From Eledone cirrhosa (lineage: Eukaryota): a DNA stretch of 64,000 nucleotides. Location: NCBI GenBank assembly GCA_964016885.1, contig OZ024741.1, forward strand, positions 245,334,001 to 245,398,000, read 5' to 3'. Below are positions 1 through 14,300 of the stretch, in pieces. Both the position numbers and the translations under genes were made by a program. The notes beneath the pieces were generated by a model that worked only from the letters and a program-made list of their open reading frames with translations, did not search any database and was not told the DNA's origin. Numbering within the stretch: the stretch's first letter is position 1; each line of letters opens with the position of its first letter.

Positions 1-2250
1 TTAATGGATTTTTTTAATGGATTTTTTTTAATGGGTTTTTTTAAATGGATTTTTTTTAATGGATTTTTTAAATTAATTTTTTTAATGGATTTTTTTAATG
101 GGTTTTTTTAAATGGATTTTTTTTAATGGATTTTTTAAATGAATTTTTTTAATGGATTTTTTTAATGGGTTTTTTAAATGGATTTTTTAATGGATTTTTA
201 ATGGATTTTTAATGGGTTTTTAATGGATTTTTTAATGGATTTTTTTAAATGGATTTTTATAATGGATTTTTAATGGATTTTTTTTAATGGATTTTTTTAA
301 TGGATTTTTTAATGGATTTTTTTATGGATTTATTTTAATGGATTTTTTTAATGGATTTTTTAAATTGATTTTTTTAATGGATTTTTTTAATGGGTTTTTT
401 TTAATGGATTTTTTTTTAATGGATTTTTTAAATGGATTTTTTAATGTATTTTTAATGGATTTTTAATGGATTTTTAATGGGTTTTTAATGGATTTTTTTA
501 AATGGATTTTTTTAATGGATTTTTAATGGATTTTTTTAATGGATTTTTTTTAATGGGTTTTTTTTAATGGATTTTTTTTTAATGGATTTTTTTTAATGGG
601 TTTTTTTTTTAATGGATTTTTTTTAATGGATTTTTTAAATGGATTTTTTTAATGGATTTTTTTTAATGGGTTTTTTTAAATGGATTTTTTTAAATGGATT
701 TTTTTTAATGGATTTTTTAAATGAATTTTTTTAATGGATTTTTTTAATGGGTTTTTTAAATGGATTTTTTAATGGATTTTTAATGGATTTTTAATGGGTT
801 TTTAATGGATTTTTTAATGGATTTTTTTAAATGGATTTTTTTAATGGATTTTTAATGGATTTTTTTTAATGGATTTTTTTAATGGATTTTTTAATGGATT
901 TTTTTTAATGGGTTTTTTTAAATGGATTTTTTTTAATGGATTTTTTAAATTAATTTTTTTAATGGATTTTTTTAATGGGTTTTTTTAAATGGATTTTTTT
1001 TAATGGATTTTTTAAATGAATTTTTTTAATGGATTTTTTTAATGGGTTTTTTAAATGGATTTTTTAATGGATTTTTAATGGATTTTTAATGGGTTTTTAA
1101 TTGGATTTTTTAATGGATTTTTTTAAATGGATTTTTATAATGGATTTTTAATGGATTTTTTTTAATGGATTTTTTTAATGGATTTTTTAATGGATTTTTT
1201 TATGGATTTTTTTTAATGGATTTTTTTTAATGGATTTTTTAAATGGATTTTTTAAATGTATTTTTTTAATGGATTTTTTTAATGGATTTCTTTTTAATGG
1301 ATTTTTTAAATGGATTTTTTTAATGGATTTTTTTAATGGGTTTTTTAAATGGATTTTTTAATGTATTTTTAATGGATTTTTAATGGATTTTTAATGGGTT
1401 TTTAATGGATTTTTTTAAATGGATTTTTTTAATGGATTTTTAATGGATTTTTTTAATGGATTTTTTTTAATGGGTTTTTTTTTAATGGATTTTTTTTAAT
1501 GGATTTTTTTTTTAATGGATTTTTTTTAATGGATTTTTTAAATGGATTTTTTTAATGGATTTTTTTTAATGGGTTTTTTTTTTATGGATTTTTTTTAATG
1601 GATTTTTAATGGATTTTTTAATGACTTTTTTTAAATGTATTTTTTTAATGGATTTTTAATGGATTTTTTTTAATGGATTTTTTTTTTTTAATGGATTTTT
1701 TTTAATGGGTTTTTTTAATGGCTTTTTTAAATGGATTTTTTTAATGGATTTTTTTAATGGATTTTTTTAATGGGTTTTTTAAATGGATTTTTTACTGGAT
1801 TTTTAATGGATTTTTAATGGATTTTTTATGGGTTTTTAATGGATTTTTTTAATGGATTTTTTTAATGGATTTTTAACGGATTTTTTTAATGGATTTTTTT
1901 TAATGGGTTTTTTTTAATGGATTTTTTTTTAATGGATTTTTTTTAATGGGTTTTTTTAATGGATTTTTTTTAATGGATTTTTTAAATGGATTTTTTTAAT
2001 GGATTTTTTTTAATGGGTTTTTTTAAATGGATTTTTTTTAATGGATTTTTTTAATGAATTTTTTTAATGGATTTTTTTAATGGGTTTTTTAAATGGATTT
2101 TTTAATGGATTTTTAATGGATTTTTAATGGGTTTTTAATGGATTTTTTAATGGATTTTTTTAAATGGATTTTTTTAATGGATTTTTAATGGATTTTTTTT
2201 AATGGATTTTTTTAATGGATTTTTTAATGGATTTTTTTATGGATTTTTTT
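1..2250 (+). repeat. Long-range duplicated block, copy 1 (partner about 32530-34750, offset 32,501-32,527)
   Basis: Shared rare markers: AAATTAA 70/32597 and 947/33448, AATGAC C1625/C34126, TACTGGA C1795/C34296, AACGGA C1877/C34378, T12 tract 1678/34179. Confidence 0.92.
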
Positions 2251-3899
2251 TAATGGATTTTTTTAATGGATTTTTTAAATGGATTTTTTTAATGGATTTT
2301 TTTAATGGTTTTTTTTTAATGGATTTTTTTTAATGGATTTTTAAATGGATTTTTTTAATGGATTTTTTTTAATGGGTTTTTTAAATGGATTTTTTAATGG
2401 ATTTTTAATGGATTTTTAATGGATTTTTAATGGGTTTTTAATGGATTTTTTTAAATGGATTTTTTTAATGGATTTTTAATGGATTTTTTTAAATTGATTT
2501 TTTTTAATGGATTTTTTTTTTAATGGATTTTTTTTTAATGGATTTTTTTTTAATGGATTTTTTTAATGGGTTTTTTAAATGGATTTTTTAATGGATTTTT
2601 AATGGATTTATAATGGGTTTTTTTAAATTGATTTTTTTAATGGGTTTTTTTAATGGCTTTTTTTAAATGGGTTTTTTTAATGGCTTTTTTAAATGGATTT
2701 TTTTAATGGATTTTTTAATGGATTTTTTTTAATGGGTTTTTTAAATGGATTTTTTAATGGATTTTTTTAAATGGATTTTTTTAATGGATTTTTAATGGAT
2801 TTTTTTAAATTGATTTTTTTTAATGGATTTTTTTTAATGGATTTTTTTTTTAATGGATTTTTTTAATGGGTTTTTTTAATGGCTTTTTTAAATGGATTTT
2901 TTTAATGGTTTTTTTTTAATGGGTTTTTTAAATGGATTTTTTAATGGATTTTTAATTGATTTTTAATGGATTTTTAATGGGTTTTTAATGGATTTTTGAA
3001 ATGGATTTTTTAATGGATTTTTTTTAATGGGTTTTTTAAATGGATTTTTTTAATGGATTTTTAATGGATTTTTAATGGATTTTTAATGGGTTTTTAATGG
3101 ATTTTTTAAATGGATTTTTTTAATGGATTTTTAATGGATTTTTTTAATGGATTTTTTTTAATGGTTTCTTTTAATGGATTTTTTTTTAATGGATTTTTTT
3201 TAATGGGTTTTTTTTTAATGGATTTTTTTTAATGGATTTTTTTAATGGATTTTTTAATGGATTTTTAATGGATTTTTTTTAATGGATTTTTTTAATGGAT
3301 TTTTTAATGGATTTTTTTATGGATTTTTTTTAATGGATTTTTTTTAATGGATTTTTTAAATGGATTTTTTTAATGGATTTTTTGAATGGGTTTTTTTAAT
3401 GGATTTCTTTTTAATGGATTTTTTAAATGGATTTTTTTAATGGATTTTTTTAATGGGTTTTTTAAATGGATTTTTTAATGTATTTTTAATGGATTTTTAA
3501 TGGATTTTTAATGGGTTTTTAATGGATTTTTTTTAATGGATTTTTTTAATGGATTTTTAATGGATTTTTTTAATGGATTTTTTTTAATGGGTTTTTTTTA
3601 ATGGATTTTTTTTTAATGGATTTTTTTAATGGGTTTTTTAAATGGATTTTTTACTGGATTTTTAATGGATTTTTAATGGGTTTTTAATGGATTTTTTTAA
3701 ATTGATTTTTTTAATGGGTTTTTTTTAATGGCTTTTTTTTAATGGGTTTATTTAATGGCTTTTTTAAATGGATTTTTTAAATGGATTTTTTTAATGGATT
3801 TTTTTTAATGGGTTTTTTAAATGGATTTTTTAATGGATTTTTTTAATGGGTTTTTTAAATGGATTTTTTAATGTATTTTTAATGGATTTTTAATGGATT

Positions 3900-6800
3900 T
3901 TTAATGGGTTTTTAATGGATTTTTTTTAATGGATTTTTTTAATGGATTTTTTTAATGGATTTTTTTTAATGGGTTTTTTTAATGGCTTTTTTAAATGGAT
4001 TTTTTTAATGGATTTTTTTTAATGGGTTTTTTTTTAATGGATTTTTTTTAATGGATTTTTTAAATGGATTTTTTTAATGAATTTTTTTTAATGGGTTTTT
4101 TTAAATGTATTTTTTTTAATGGATTTTTTAAATGAATTTTTTTAATGGATTTTTTTAATGGGTTTTTTAAATGGATTTTTTAATGGATTTTTAATGGATT
4201 TTTAATGGGTTTTTAATGGATTTTTTAATGGATTTTTTTAAATGGATTTTTTTAATGGATTTTTAATGGATTTTTTTTAATGGATTTTTTTAATGGATTT
4301 TTTAATGGATTTTTTAATGGATTTTTTTTAATGGATTTTTTTAATGGATTTTTTAAATGGATTTTTTAATGGATTTTTTTAATGGGTTTTTTTTAATGGA
4401 TTTTTTTTTAATGGATTTTTTAAATGGATTTTTTTAATGGATTTTTTTTAATGGGTTTTTTAAATGGATTTTTTAATGGATTTTTAATGGATTTTTAATG
4501 GATTTTTAATGGGTTTTTAATGGATTTTTTTAAATGGATTTTTTTAATGGATTTTTAATGGATTTTTTTAAATTGATTTTTTTTAATGGATTTTTTTTTT
4601 AATGGATTTTTTTTTAATGGATTTTTTTTTAATGGATTTTTTTAATGGGTTTTTTAAATGGATTTTTTAATGGATTTTTAATGGATTTTTAATGGGTTTT
4701 TTTAAATTGATTTTTTTAATGGGTTTTTTTTAATGGCTTTTTTTTAATGGGTTTTTTTAATGGCTTTTTTAAATGGATTTTTTTAATGGATTTTTTAATG
4801 GATTTTTTTTAATGGGTTTTTTAAATGGATTTTTTAATGGATTTTTTTAAATGGATTTTTTTAATGGATTTTTAATGGATTTTTTTAAATTGATTTTTTT
4901 TAATGGATTTTTTTTAATGGATTTTTTTTTAATGGATTTTTTTAATGGGTTTTTTTAATGGCTTTTTTAAATGGATTTTTTTAATGGTTTTTTTTTAATG
5001 GGTTTTTTAAATGGATTTTTTAATGGATTTTTAATTGATTTTTAATGGATTTTTAATGGGTTTTTAATGGATTTTTTTAAATGGATTTTTTTAATGGATT
5101 TTTAATGGATTTTTTTAAATTGATTTTTTTAATGGATTTTTTTTTTAATGGATTTTTTTTAATGGATTTTTGTTTTAATGGATTTTTTTTAATGGGTTTT
5201 TTAAATGGATTTTTTAATGGATTTTTAATGGATTTTTAATGGGTTTTTAATGGATTTTTTTAAATGGATTTTTTTAATGGATTTTTAATGGCTTTTTTTA
5301 AATTGATTTTTTTAATGGGTTTTTTTAATGGCTTTTTTTTAATGGGTTTTTTTAATGGCTTTTTTAAATGGATTTTTTTAATTGATTTTTTTAATGGATT
5401 TTTTTTAATGGGTTTTTTAAATGGATTTTTTAATGGATTTTTTTAAATGTTTTTTTTAATGGATTTTTAATGGATTTTTTTAAATTGATTTTTTTTAATG
5501 GATTTTTTTTAATGGATTTTTTTTTAATGGATTTTTTTAATGGGTTTTTTTAATGGCTTTTTTAAATGGATTTTTTTAATGGATTTTTTTATTGGATTTT
5601 TTTAATGGGTTTTTTAATGGATTTTTAATGGATTTTTTTAAATTGATTTTTTTTAATGGATTTTTTTTTTAATGGATTTTTTTTTAATGGATTTTTTTTT
5701 AATGGATTTTTTTTAATGGGTTTTTTTAATGGGTTTTTTAAATGGATTTTTTAATGGATTTTTAATAGATTTTTAATGGATTTTTAATGGGTTTTTAATG
5801 GATTTTTTAAATGGATTTTTTTTAATGGATTTTTTTTAATGGGTTTTTTAAATGGATTTTTTTAATGGATTTTTAATGGATTTTTAATGGATTTTTAATG
5901 GTTTTTAATGGATTTTTTAAATGGATTTTTTTAATGGATTTTTTATGGATTTTTTAAATTGATTTTTTTAATGGATTTTTTTTAATGGATTTTTTTTAAT
6001 GGATTTTTTTTTTTAATGGATTTTTTTTTAATGGGTTTTTTTAATGGCTTTTTTAAATGGATTTTTTTAATGGATTTCTTTAATGGATTTTTTTAATGGA
6101 TTTTTTTAATGGGTTTTTTTAATGGCTTTTTTAAATGGATTTTTTTAATGGATTTTTTTTAATGGGTTTTTTTTTAATGGATTTTTTTTAATGGATTTTT
6201 TAAATGGATTTTTTTAATGAATTTTTTTTAATGGGTTTTTTTAAATGGATTTTTTTTAATGGATTTTTTAAATGAATTTTTTTAATGGATTTTTTTAATG
6301 GGTTTTTTAAATGGATTTTTTAATGGATTTTTAATGGATTTTTAATGGGTTTTTAATGGATTTTTTAATGGATTTTTTTAAATGGATTTTTTTAATGGAT
6401 TTTTAATGGATTTTTTTTAATGGATTTTTTTAATGGATTTTTTAATGGATTTTTTAATGGATTTTTTTTAATGGATTTTTTTAATGGATTTTTTAAATGG
6501 ATTTTTTAATGGATTTTTTTAATGGGTTTTTTTTAATGGATTTTTTTTTAATGGATTTTTTAAATGGATTTTTTTAATGGATTTTTTTTAATGGGTTTTT
6601 TAAATGGATTTTTTAATGGATTTTTAATGGATTTTTAATGGATTTTTAATGGGTTTTTAATGGATTTTTTTAAATGGATTTTTTTAATGGATTTTTAATG
6701 GATTTTTTTAAATTGATTTTTTTTAATGGATTTTTTTTTTAATGGATTTTTTTTTAATGGATTTTTTTTTAATGGATTTTTTTAATGGGTTTTTTAAATG

Positions 6801-9800
6801 GATTTTTTAATGGATTTTTAATGGATTTTTAATGGGTTTTTTTAAATTGATTTTTTTAATGGGTTTTTTTTAATGGCTTTTTTTTAATGGGTTTTTTTAA
6901 TGGCTTTTTTAAATGGATTTTTTTAATGGATTTTTTAATGGATTTTTTTTAATGGGTTTTTTAAATGGATTTTTTAATGGATTTTTTTAAATGGATTTTT
7001 TTAATGGATTTTTAATGGATTTTTTTAAATTGATTTTTTTTAATGGATTTTTTTTAATGGATTTTTTTTTTAATGGATTTTTTTAATGGGTTTTTTTAAT
7101 GGCTTTTTTAAATGGATTTTTTTAATGGTTTTTTTTTAATGGGTTTTTTAAATGGATTTTTTAATGGATTTTTAATTGATTTTTAATGGATTTTTAATGG
7201 ATTTTTAATGGGTTTTTAATGGATTTTTTTTAATGGATTTTTTTAATGGATTTTTAATGGATTTTTTTAATGGATTTTTTTAATGGGTTTTTTTAATGGA
7301 TTTTTTTTTAATGGATTTTTTTAATGGGTTTTTTTTAATGGATTTTTTTTAATGGATTTTTTAAATGGATTTTTTTAATGGATTTTTTTTAATGGGTTTT
7401 TTTAAATGGATTTTTTTTAATGGATTTTTAAATGAATTTTTTTAATGGATTTTTTAATGGGTTTTTTAAATGGATTTTTTAATGGATTTTTAATGGATTT
7501 TTAATGGATTTTTAATGGATTTTTTAATGGATTTTTTTAAATGGATTTTTTTAATGGATTTTTAATGCATTTTTTTTAATGGATTTTTTTAATGGATTTT
7601 TTTTTTAATGGATTTTTTTTTAATGGATTTTTTTTTAATGAATTTTTTTTAATGGGTTTTTTAAATGGATTTTTTAATGGATTTTTAATGGATTTTTAAT
7701 GGGTTTTTAATGGATTTTTTAATGGATTTTTTTAAATGGATTTTTTTAATGGATTTTTAATGGATTTTTTTTAATGGATTTTTTTAATGGATTTTTTAAT
7801 GGATTTTTTAATGGATTTTTTTTAATGGATTTTTTTAATGGATTTTTTAAATGGATTTTTTTAATGGATTTTTTTAATGGTTTTTTTTTAATGGATTTTT
7901 TTTAATGGATTTTTAAATGGATTTTTTTAATGGATTTTTTTTAATGGGTTTTTTAAATGGATTTTTTAATGGATTTTTAATGGATTTTTAATGGATTTTT
8001 AATGGGTTTTTAATGGATTTTTTTAAATGGATTTTTTTAATGGATTTTTAATGGATTTTTTTAAATTGATTTTTTTTAATGGATTTTTTTTTTAATGGAT
8101 TTTTTTTTAATGGATTTTTTTTTAATGGATTTTTTTAATGGGTTTTTTAAATGGATTTTTTAATGGATTTTTAATGGATTTATAATGGGTTTTTTTAAAT
8201 TGATTTTTTTAATGGGTTTTTTTAATGGCTTTTTTTAAATGGGTTTTTTTAATGGCTTTTTTAAATGGATTTTTTTAATGGATTTTTTAATGGATTTTTT
8301 TTAATGGGTTTTTTAAATGGATTTTTTAATGGATTTTTTTAAATGGATTTTTTTAATGGATTTTTAATGGATTTTTTTAAATTGATTTTTTTTAATTGAT
8401 TTTTTTTAATGGATTTTTTTCTTAATGGATTTTTTTAATGGGTTTTTTTAATGGCTTTTTTAAATGGATTTTTTTAATGGTTTTTTTTTAATGGGTTTTT
8501 TAAATGGATTTTTTAATGGATTTTTAATTGATTTTTAATGGATTTTTAATGGGTTTTTAATGGATTTTTGAAATGGATTTTTTAATGGATTTTTTTTAAT
8601 GGGTTTTTTAAATGGATTTTTTTAATGGATTTTTAATGGATTTTTAATGGATTTTTAATGGGTTTTTAATGGATTTTTTAAATGGATTTTTTTAATGGAT
8701 TTTTAATGGATTTTTTTAATGGATTTTTTTTAATGGTTTCTTTTAATGGATTTTTTTTTAATGGATTTTTTTTAATGGGTTTTTTTTTAATGGATTTTTT
8801 TTAATGGATTTTTTTAATGGATTTTTTTAATGGATTTTTAATGGATTTTTTTTAATGGATTTTTTTAATGGATTTTTTAATGGATTTTTTATGGATTTTT
8901 TTTAATGGATTTTTTTTAATGGATTTTTTAAATGGATTTTTTTAATGGATTTTTTTAATGGGTTTTTTTAATGGATTTCTTTTTAATGGATTTTTTAAAT
9001 GGATTTTTTTAATGGATTTTTTTAATGGGTTTTTTAAATGGATTTTTTAATGTATTTTTAATGGATTTTTAATGGATTTTTAATGGGTTTTTAATGGATT
9101 TTTTTTAATGGATTTTTTTAATGGATTTTTTTAATGGATTTTTTTTAATGGGTTTTTTTAATGGCTTTTTTAAATGGATTTTTTTAATGGATTTTTTTTA
9201 ATGGGTTTTTTTTTAATGGATTTTTTTTAATGGATTTTTTAAATGGATTTTTTTAATGAATTTTTTTTAATGGGTTTTTTTAAATGGATTTTTTTTAATG
9301 GATTTTTTAAATGAATTTTTTTAATGGATTTTTTTAATGGGTTTTTTAAATGGATTTTTTAATGGATTTTTAATGGATTTTTAATGGGTTTTTAATGGAT
9401 TTTTTAATGGATTTTTTTAAATGGATTTTTTTAATGGATTTTTAATGGATTTTTTTTAATGGATTTTTTTAATGGATTTTTTAATGGATTTTTTAATGGA
9501 TTTTTTTAATGGATTTTTTTAATGGATTTTTTAAATGGATTTTTTAATGGATTTTTTTAATGGGTTTTTTTTAATGGATTTTTTTTTAATGGATTTTTTA
9601 AATGGATTTTTTTTAATGGGTTTTTTAAATGGATTTTTTAATGGATTTTTAATGGATTTTTAATGGATTTTTAATGGGTTTTTAATGGATTTTTTTAAAT
9701 GGATTTTTTTAATGGATTTTTAATGGATTTTTTTAAATTGATTTTTTTTAATGGATTTTTTTTTTAATGGATTTTTTTTTAATGGATTTTTTTTTAATGG

Positions 9801-12800
9801 ATTTTTTTAATGGGTTTTTTAAATGGATTTTTTAATGGATTTTTAATGGATTTTTAATGGGTTTTTTTAAATTGATTTTTTTAATGGGTTTTTTTTAATG
9901 GCTTTTTTTTAATGGGTTTTTTTAATGGCTTTTTTAAATGGATTTTTTTAATGGATTTTTTAATGGATTTTTTTTAATGGGTTTTTTAAATGGATTTTTT
10001 AATGGATTTTTTTAAATGGATTTTTTTAATGGATTTTTAATGGATTTTTTTAAATTGATTTTTTTTAATGGATTTTTTTTAATGGATTTTTTTTTTAATG
10101 GATTTTTTTAATGGGTTTTTTTAATGGCTTTTTTAAATGGATTTTTTTAATGGTTTTTTTTTAATGGGTTTTTTAAATGGATTTTTTAATGGATTTTTAA
10201 TTGATTTTTAATGGATTTTTAATGGGTTTTTAATGGATTTTTTTAAATGGATTTTTTTAATGGATTTTTAATGGATTTTTTTAAATTGATTTTTTTAATG
10301 GATTTTTTTTTTAATGGATTTTTTTTAATGGATTTTTGTTTTAATGGATTTTTTTTAATGGGTTTTTTAAATGGATTTTTTAATGGATTTTTAATGGATT
10401 TTTAATGGGTTTTTAATGGATTTTTTTAAATGGATTTTTTTAATGGATTTTTAATGGCTTTTTTTAAATTGATTTTTTTAATGGGTTTTTTTAATGGCTT
10501 TTTTTTAATGGGTTTTTTTAATGGCTTTTTTAAATGGATTTTTTTAATGGATTTTTTTAATGGATTTTTTTTAATGGGTTTTTTAAATGGATTTTTTAAT
10601 GGATTTTTTTAAATGTTTTTTTTAATGGATTTTTAATGGATTTTTTTAAATTGATTTTTTTTAATGGATTTTTTTTAATGGATTTTTTTTTAATGGATTT
10701 TTTTAATGGGTTTTTTTAATGGCTTTTTTAAATGGATTTTTTTAATGGATTTTTTTATTGGATTTTTTTAATGGGTTTTTTAATGGATTTTTAATGGATT
10801 TTTTTAAATTGATTTTTTTTAATGTATTTTTTTTTTAATGGATTTTTTTTTAATGGATTTTTTTTTAATGGATTTTTTTTAATGGGTTTTTTTAATGGGT
10901 TTTTTAAATGGATTTTTTAATGGATTTTTAATAGATTTTTAATGGATTTTTAATGGGTTTTTAATGGATTTTTTAAATGGATTTTTTTTAATGGATTTTT
11001 TTTAATGGGTTTTTTAAATGGATTTTTTTAATGGATTTTTAATGGATTTTTAATGGATTTTTAATGGTTTTTAATGGATTTTTTAAATGGATTTTTTTAA
11101 TGGATTTTTTATGGATTTTTTAAATTGATTTTTTTAATGGATTTTTTTTAATGGATTTTTTTTAATGGATTTTTTTTTTTAATGGATTTTTTTTAATGGG
11201 TTTTTTTAATGGCTTTTTTAAATGGATTTTTTTAATGGATTTCTTTAATGGATTTTTTTAATGGATTTTTTTTAATGGGTTTTTTTAATGGCTTTTTTAA
11301 ATGGATTTTTTTAATGGATTTTTTTTAATGGGTTTTTTTTTAATGGATTTTTTTTAATGGATTTTTTAAATGGATTTTTTTAATGAATTTTTTTTAATGG
11401 GTTTTTTTAAATGGATTTTTTTTAATGGATTTTTTAAATGAATTTTTTTAATGGATTTTTTTAATGGGTTTTTTAAATGGATTTTTTAATGGATTTTTAA
11501 TGGATTTTTTATGGGTTTTTAATGGATTTTTTAATGGATTTTTTTAAATGGATTTTTTTAATGGATTTTTAATGGATTTTTTTTAATGGATTTTTTTAAT
11601 GGATTTTTTAATGGATTTTTTAATGGATTTTTTTTAATGGATTTTTTTAATGGATTTTTTAAATGGATTTTTTAATGGATTTTTTTAATGGGTTTTTTTT
11701 AATGGATTTTTTTTTAATGGATTCTTTAAATGGATTTTTTTAATGGATTTTTTTTAATGGGTTTTTTAAATGGATTTTTTAATGGATTTTTAATGGATTT
11801 TTAATGGATTTTTAATGGGTTTTTAATGGATTTTTTTAAATGGATTTTTTTAATGGATTTTTAATGGATTTTTTTAAATTGATTTTTTTTAATGGATTTT
11901 TTTTTTAATGGATTTTTTTTTAATGGATTTTTTTAATGGGTTTTTTAAATGGATTTTTTAATGGATTTTTAATGGATTTTTAATGGGTTTTTTTAAATTG
12001 ATTTTTTTAATGGGTTTTTTTTAATGGCTTTTTTTTAATGGGTTTTTTTAATGGCTTTTTTAAATGGATTTTTTTAATGGATTTTTTAATGGATTTTTTT
12101 TAATGGGTTTTTTAAATGGATTTTTTAATGGATTTTTTTAAATGGATTTTTTTAATGGATTTTTAATGGATTTTTTTAAATTGATTTTTTTTAATGGATT
12201 TTTTTTAATGGATTTTTTTTTTAATGGATTTTTTTAATGGGTTTTTTTAATGGCTTTTTTAAATGGATTTTTTTAATGGTTTTTTTTTAATGGGTTTTTT
12301 AAATGGATTTTTTAATGGATTTTTAATTGATTTTTAATGGATTTTTAATGGATTTTTAATGGGTTTTTAATGGATTTTTTTTAATGGATTTTTTTAATGG
12401 ATTTTTAATGGATTTTTTTAATGGATTTTTTTAATGGGTTTTTTTAATGGATTTTTTTTTAATGGATTTTTTTAATGGGTTTTTTTTAATGGATTTTTTT
12501 TAATGGATTTTTTAAATGGATTTTTTTAATGGATTTTTTTAAATGGATTTTTTTAATGGATTTTTAATGGATTTTTTTAAATTGATTTTTTTTAATGGAT
12601 TTTTTTTAATGGATTTTTTTTTTAATGGATTTTTTTAATGGGTTTTTTTAATGGCTTTTTTAAATGGATTTTTTTAATGGTTTTTTTTTAATGGGTTTTT
12701 TAAATGGATTTTTTAATGGATTTTTAATGGATTTTTAATGGATTTTTAATGGATTTTTTAATGGATTTTTTTAAATGGATTTTTTTAATGGATTTTTAAT

Positions 12801-14300
12801 GCATTTTTTTTAATGGATTTTTTTAATGGATTTTTTTTTTAATGGATTTTTTTTTAATGGATTTTTTTTTAATGAATTTTTTTTAATGGGTTTTTTAAAT
12901 GGATTTTTTAATGGATTTTTAATGGATTTTTAATGGGTTTTTAATGGATTTTTTAATGGATTTTTTTAAATGGATTTTTTTAATGGATTTTTAATGGATT
13001 TTTTTTAATGGATTTTTTTAATGGATTTTTTAATGGATTTTTTAATGGATTTTTTTTAATGGATTTTTTTAATGGATTTTTTAAATGGATTTTTTTAATG
13101 GATTTTTTTAATGGTTTTTTTTTTATGGATTTTTTTTAATGGATTTTTTAAATGGATTTTTTTAATGGATTTTTTTTAATGGGTTTTTTAAATGGATTTT
13201 TTAATGGATTTTTAATGGATTTTTAATGGATTTTTAATGGGTTTTTAATGGATTTTTTTAAATGGATTTTTTTAATGGATTTTTAATGGATTTTTTTAAA
13301 TTGATTTTTTTTAATGGATTTTTTTTTTAATGGATTTTTTTTAATGGATTTTTTTTTAATGGATTTTTTTAATGGGTTTTTTAAATGGATTTTTTAATGG
13401 ATTTTTAATGGATTTATAATGGGTTTTTTTAAATTGATTTTTTTAATGGGTTTTTTTAATGGCTTTTTTTAAATGGGTTTTTTTAATGGCTTTTTTAAAT
13501 GGATTTTTTTAATGGATTTTTTAATGGATTTTTTTTAATGGGTTTTTTAAATGGATTTTTTAATGGATTTTTTTAAATGGATTTTTTTAATGGATTTTTA
13601 ATGGATTTTTTTAAATTGATTTTTTTTAATGGATTTTTTTTAATGGATTTTTTTTTTAATGGATTTTTTTAATGGGTTTTTTTAATGGCTTTTTTAAATG
13701 GATTTTTTTAATGGTTTTTTTTTAATGGGTTTTTTAAATGGATTTTTTAATGGATTTTTAATTGATTTTTAATGGATTTTTAATGGGTTTTTAATGGATT
13801 TTTGAAATGGATTTTTTAATGGATTTTTTTTAATGGGTTTTTTAAATGGATTTTTTTAATGGATTTTTAATGGATTTTTAATGGATTTTTAATGGGTTTT
13901 TAATGGATTTTTTAAATGGATTTTTTTAATGGATTTTTAATGGATTTTTTTAATGGATTTTTTTTAATGGTTTCTTTTAATGGATTTTTTTTTAATGGAT
14001 TTTTTTTAATGGGTTTTTTTTTAATGGATTTTTTTTAATGGATTTTTTTAATGGATTTTTTAATGGATTTTTAATGGATTTTTTTTAATGGATTTTTTTA
14101 ATGGATTTTTTAATGGATTTTTTTATGGATTTTTTTTAATGGATTTTTTTTAATGGATTTTTTAAATGGATTTTTTTAATGGATTTTTTGAATGGGTTTT
14201 TTTAATGGATTTCTTTTTAATGGATTTTTTAAATGGATTTTTTTAATGGATTTTTTTAATGGGTTTTTTAAATGGATTTTTTTAATGTATTTTTAATGGA
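3900..14300 (+). repeat. About 5.2 kb higher-order tandem repeat, two copies (subfamily A)
   Basis: Marker offsets: TTTTTGTTTT G5172/G10338 (5166), ORFs 5264/10430 (5166), ATGCAT 7565/12799 (5234), TTTGAAAT G8570/G13804 (5234). Confidence 0.88.

Noticed and set aside
5264-5446. 60-aa F/N/G/M-rich ORF (also at 10430, 46047, 53506)
   Set aside because: It is a chance stop-free frame through the repeat, with low complexity and no promoter, RBS or splice context. The recurrence simply tracks HOR copies.
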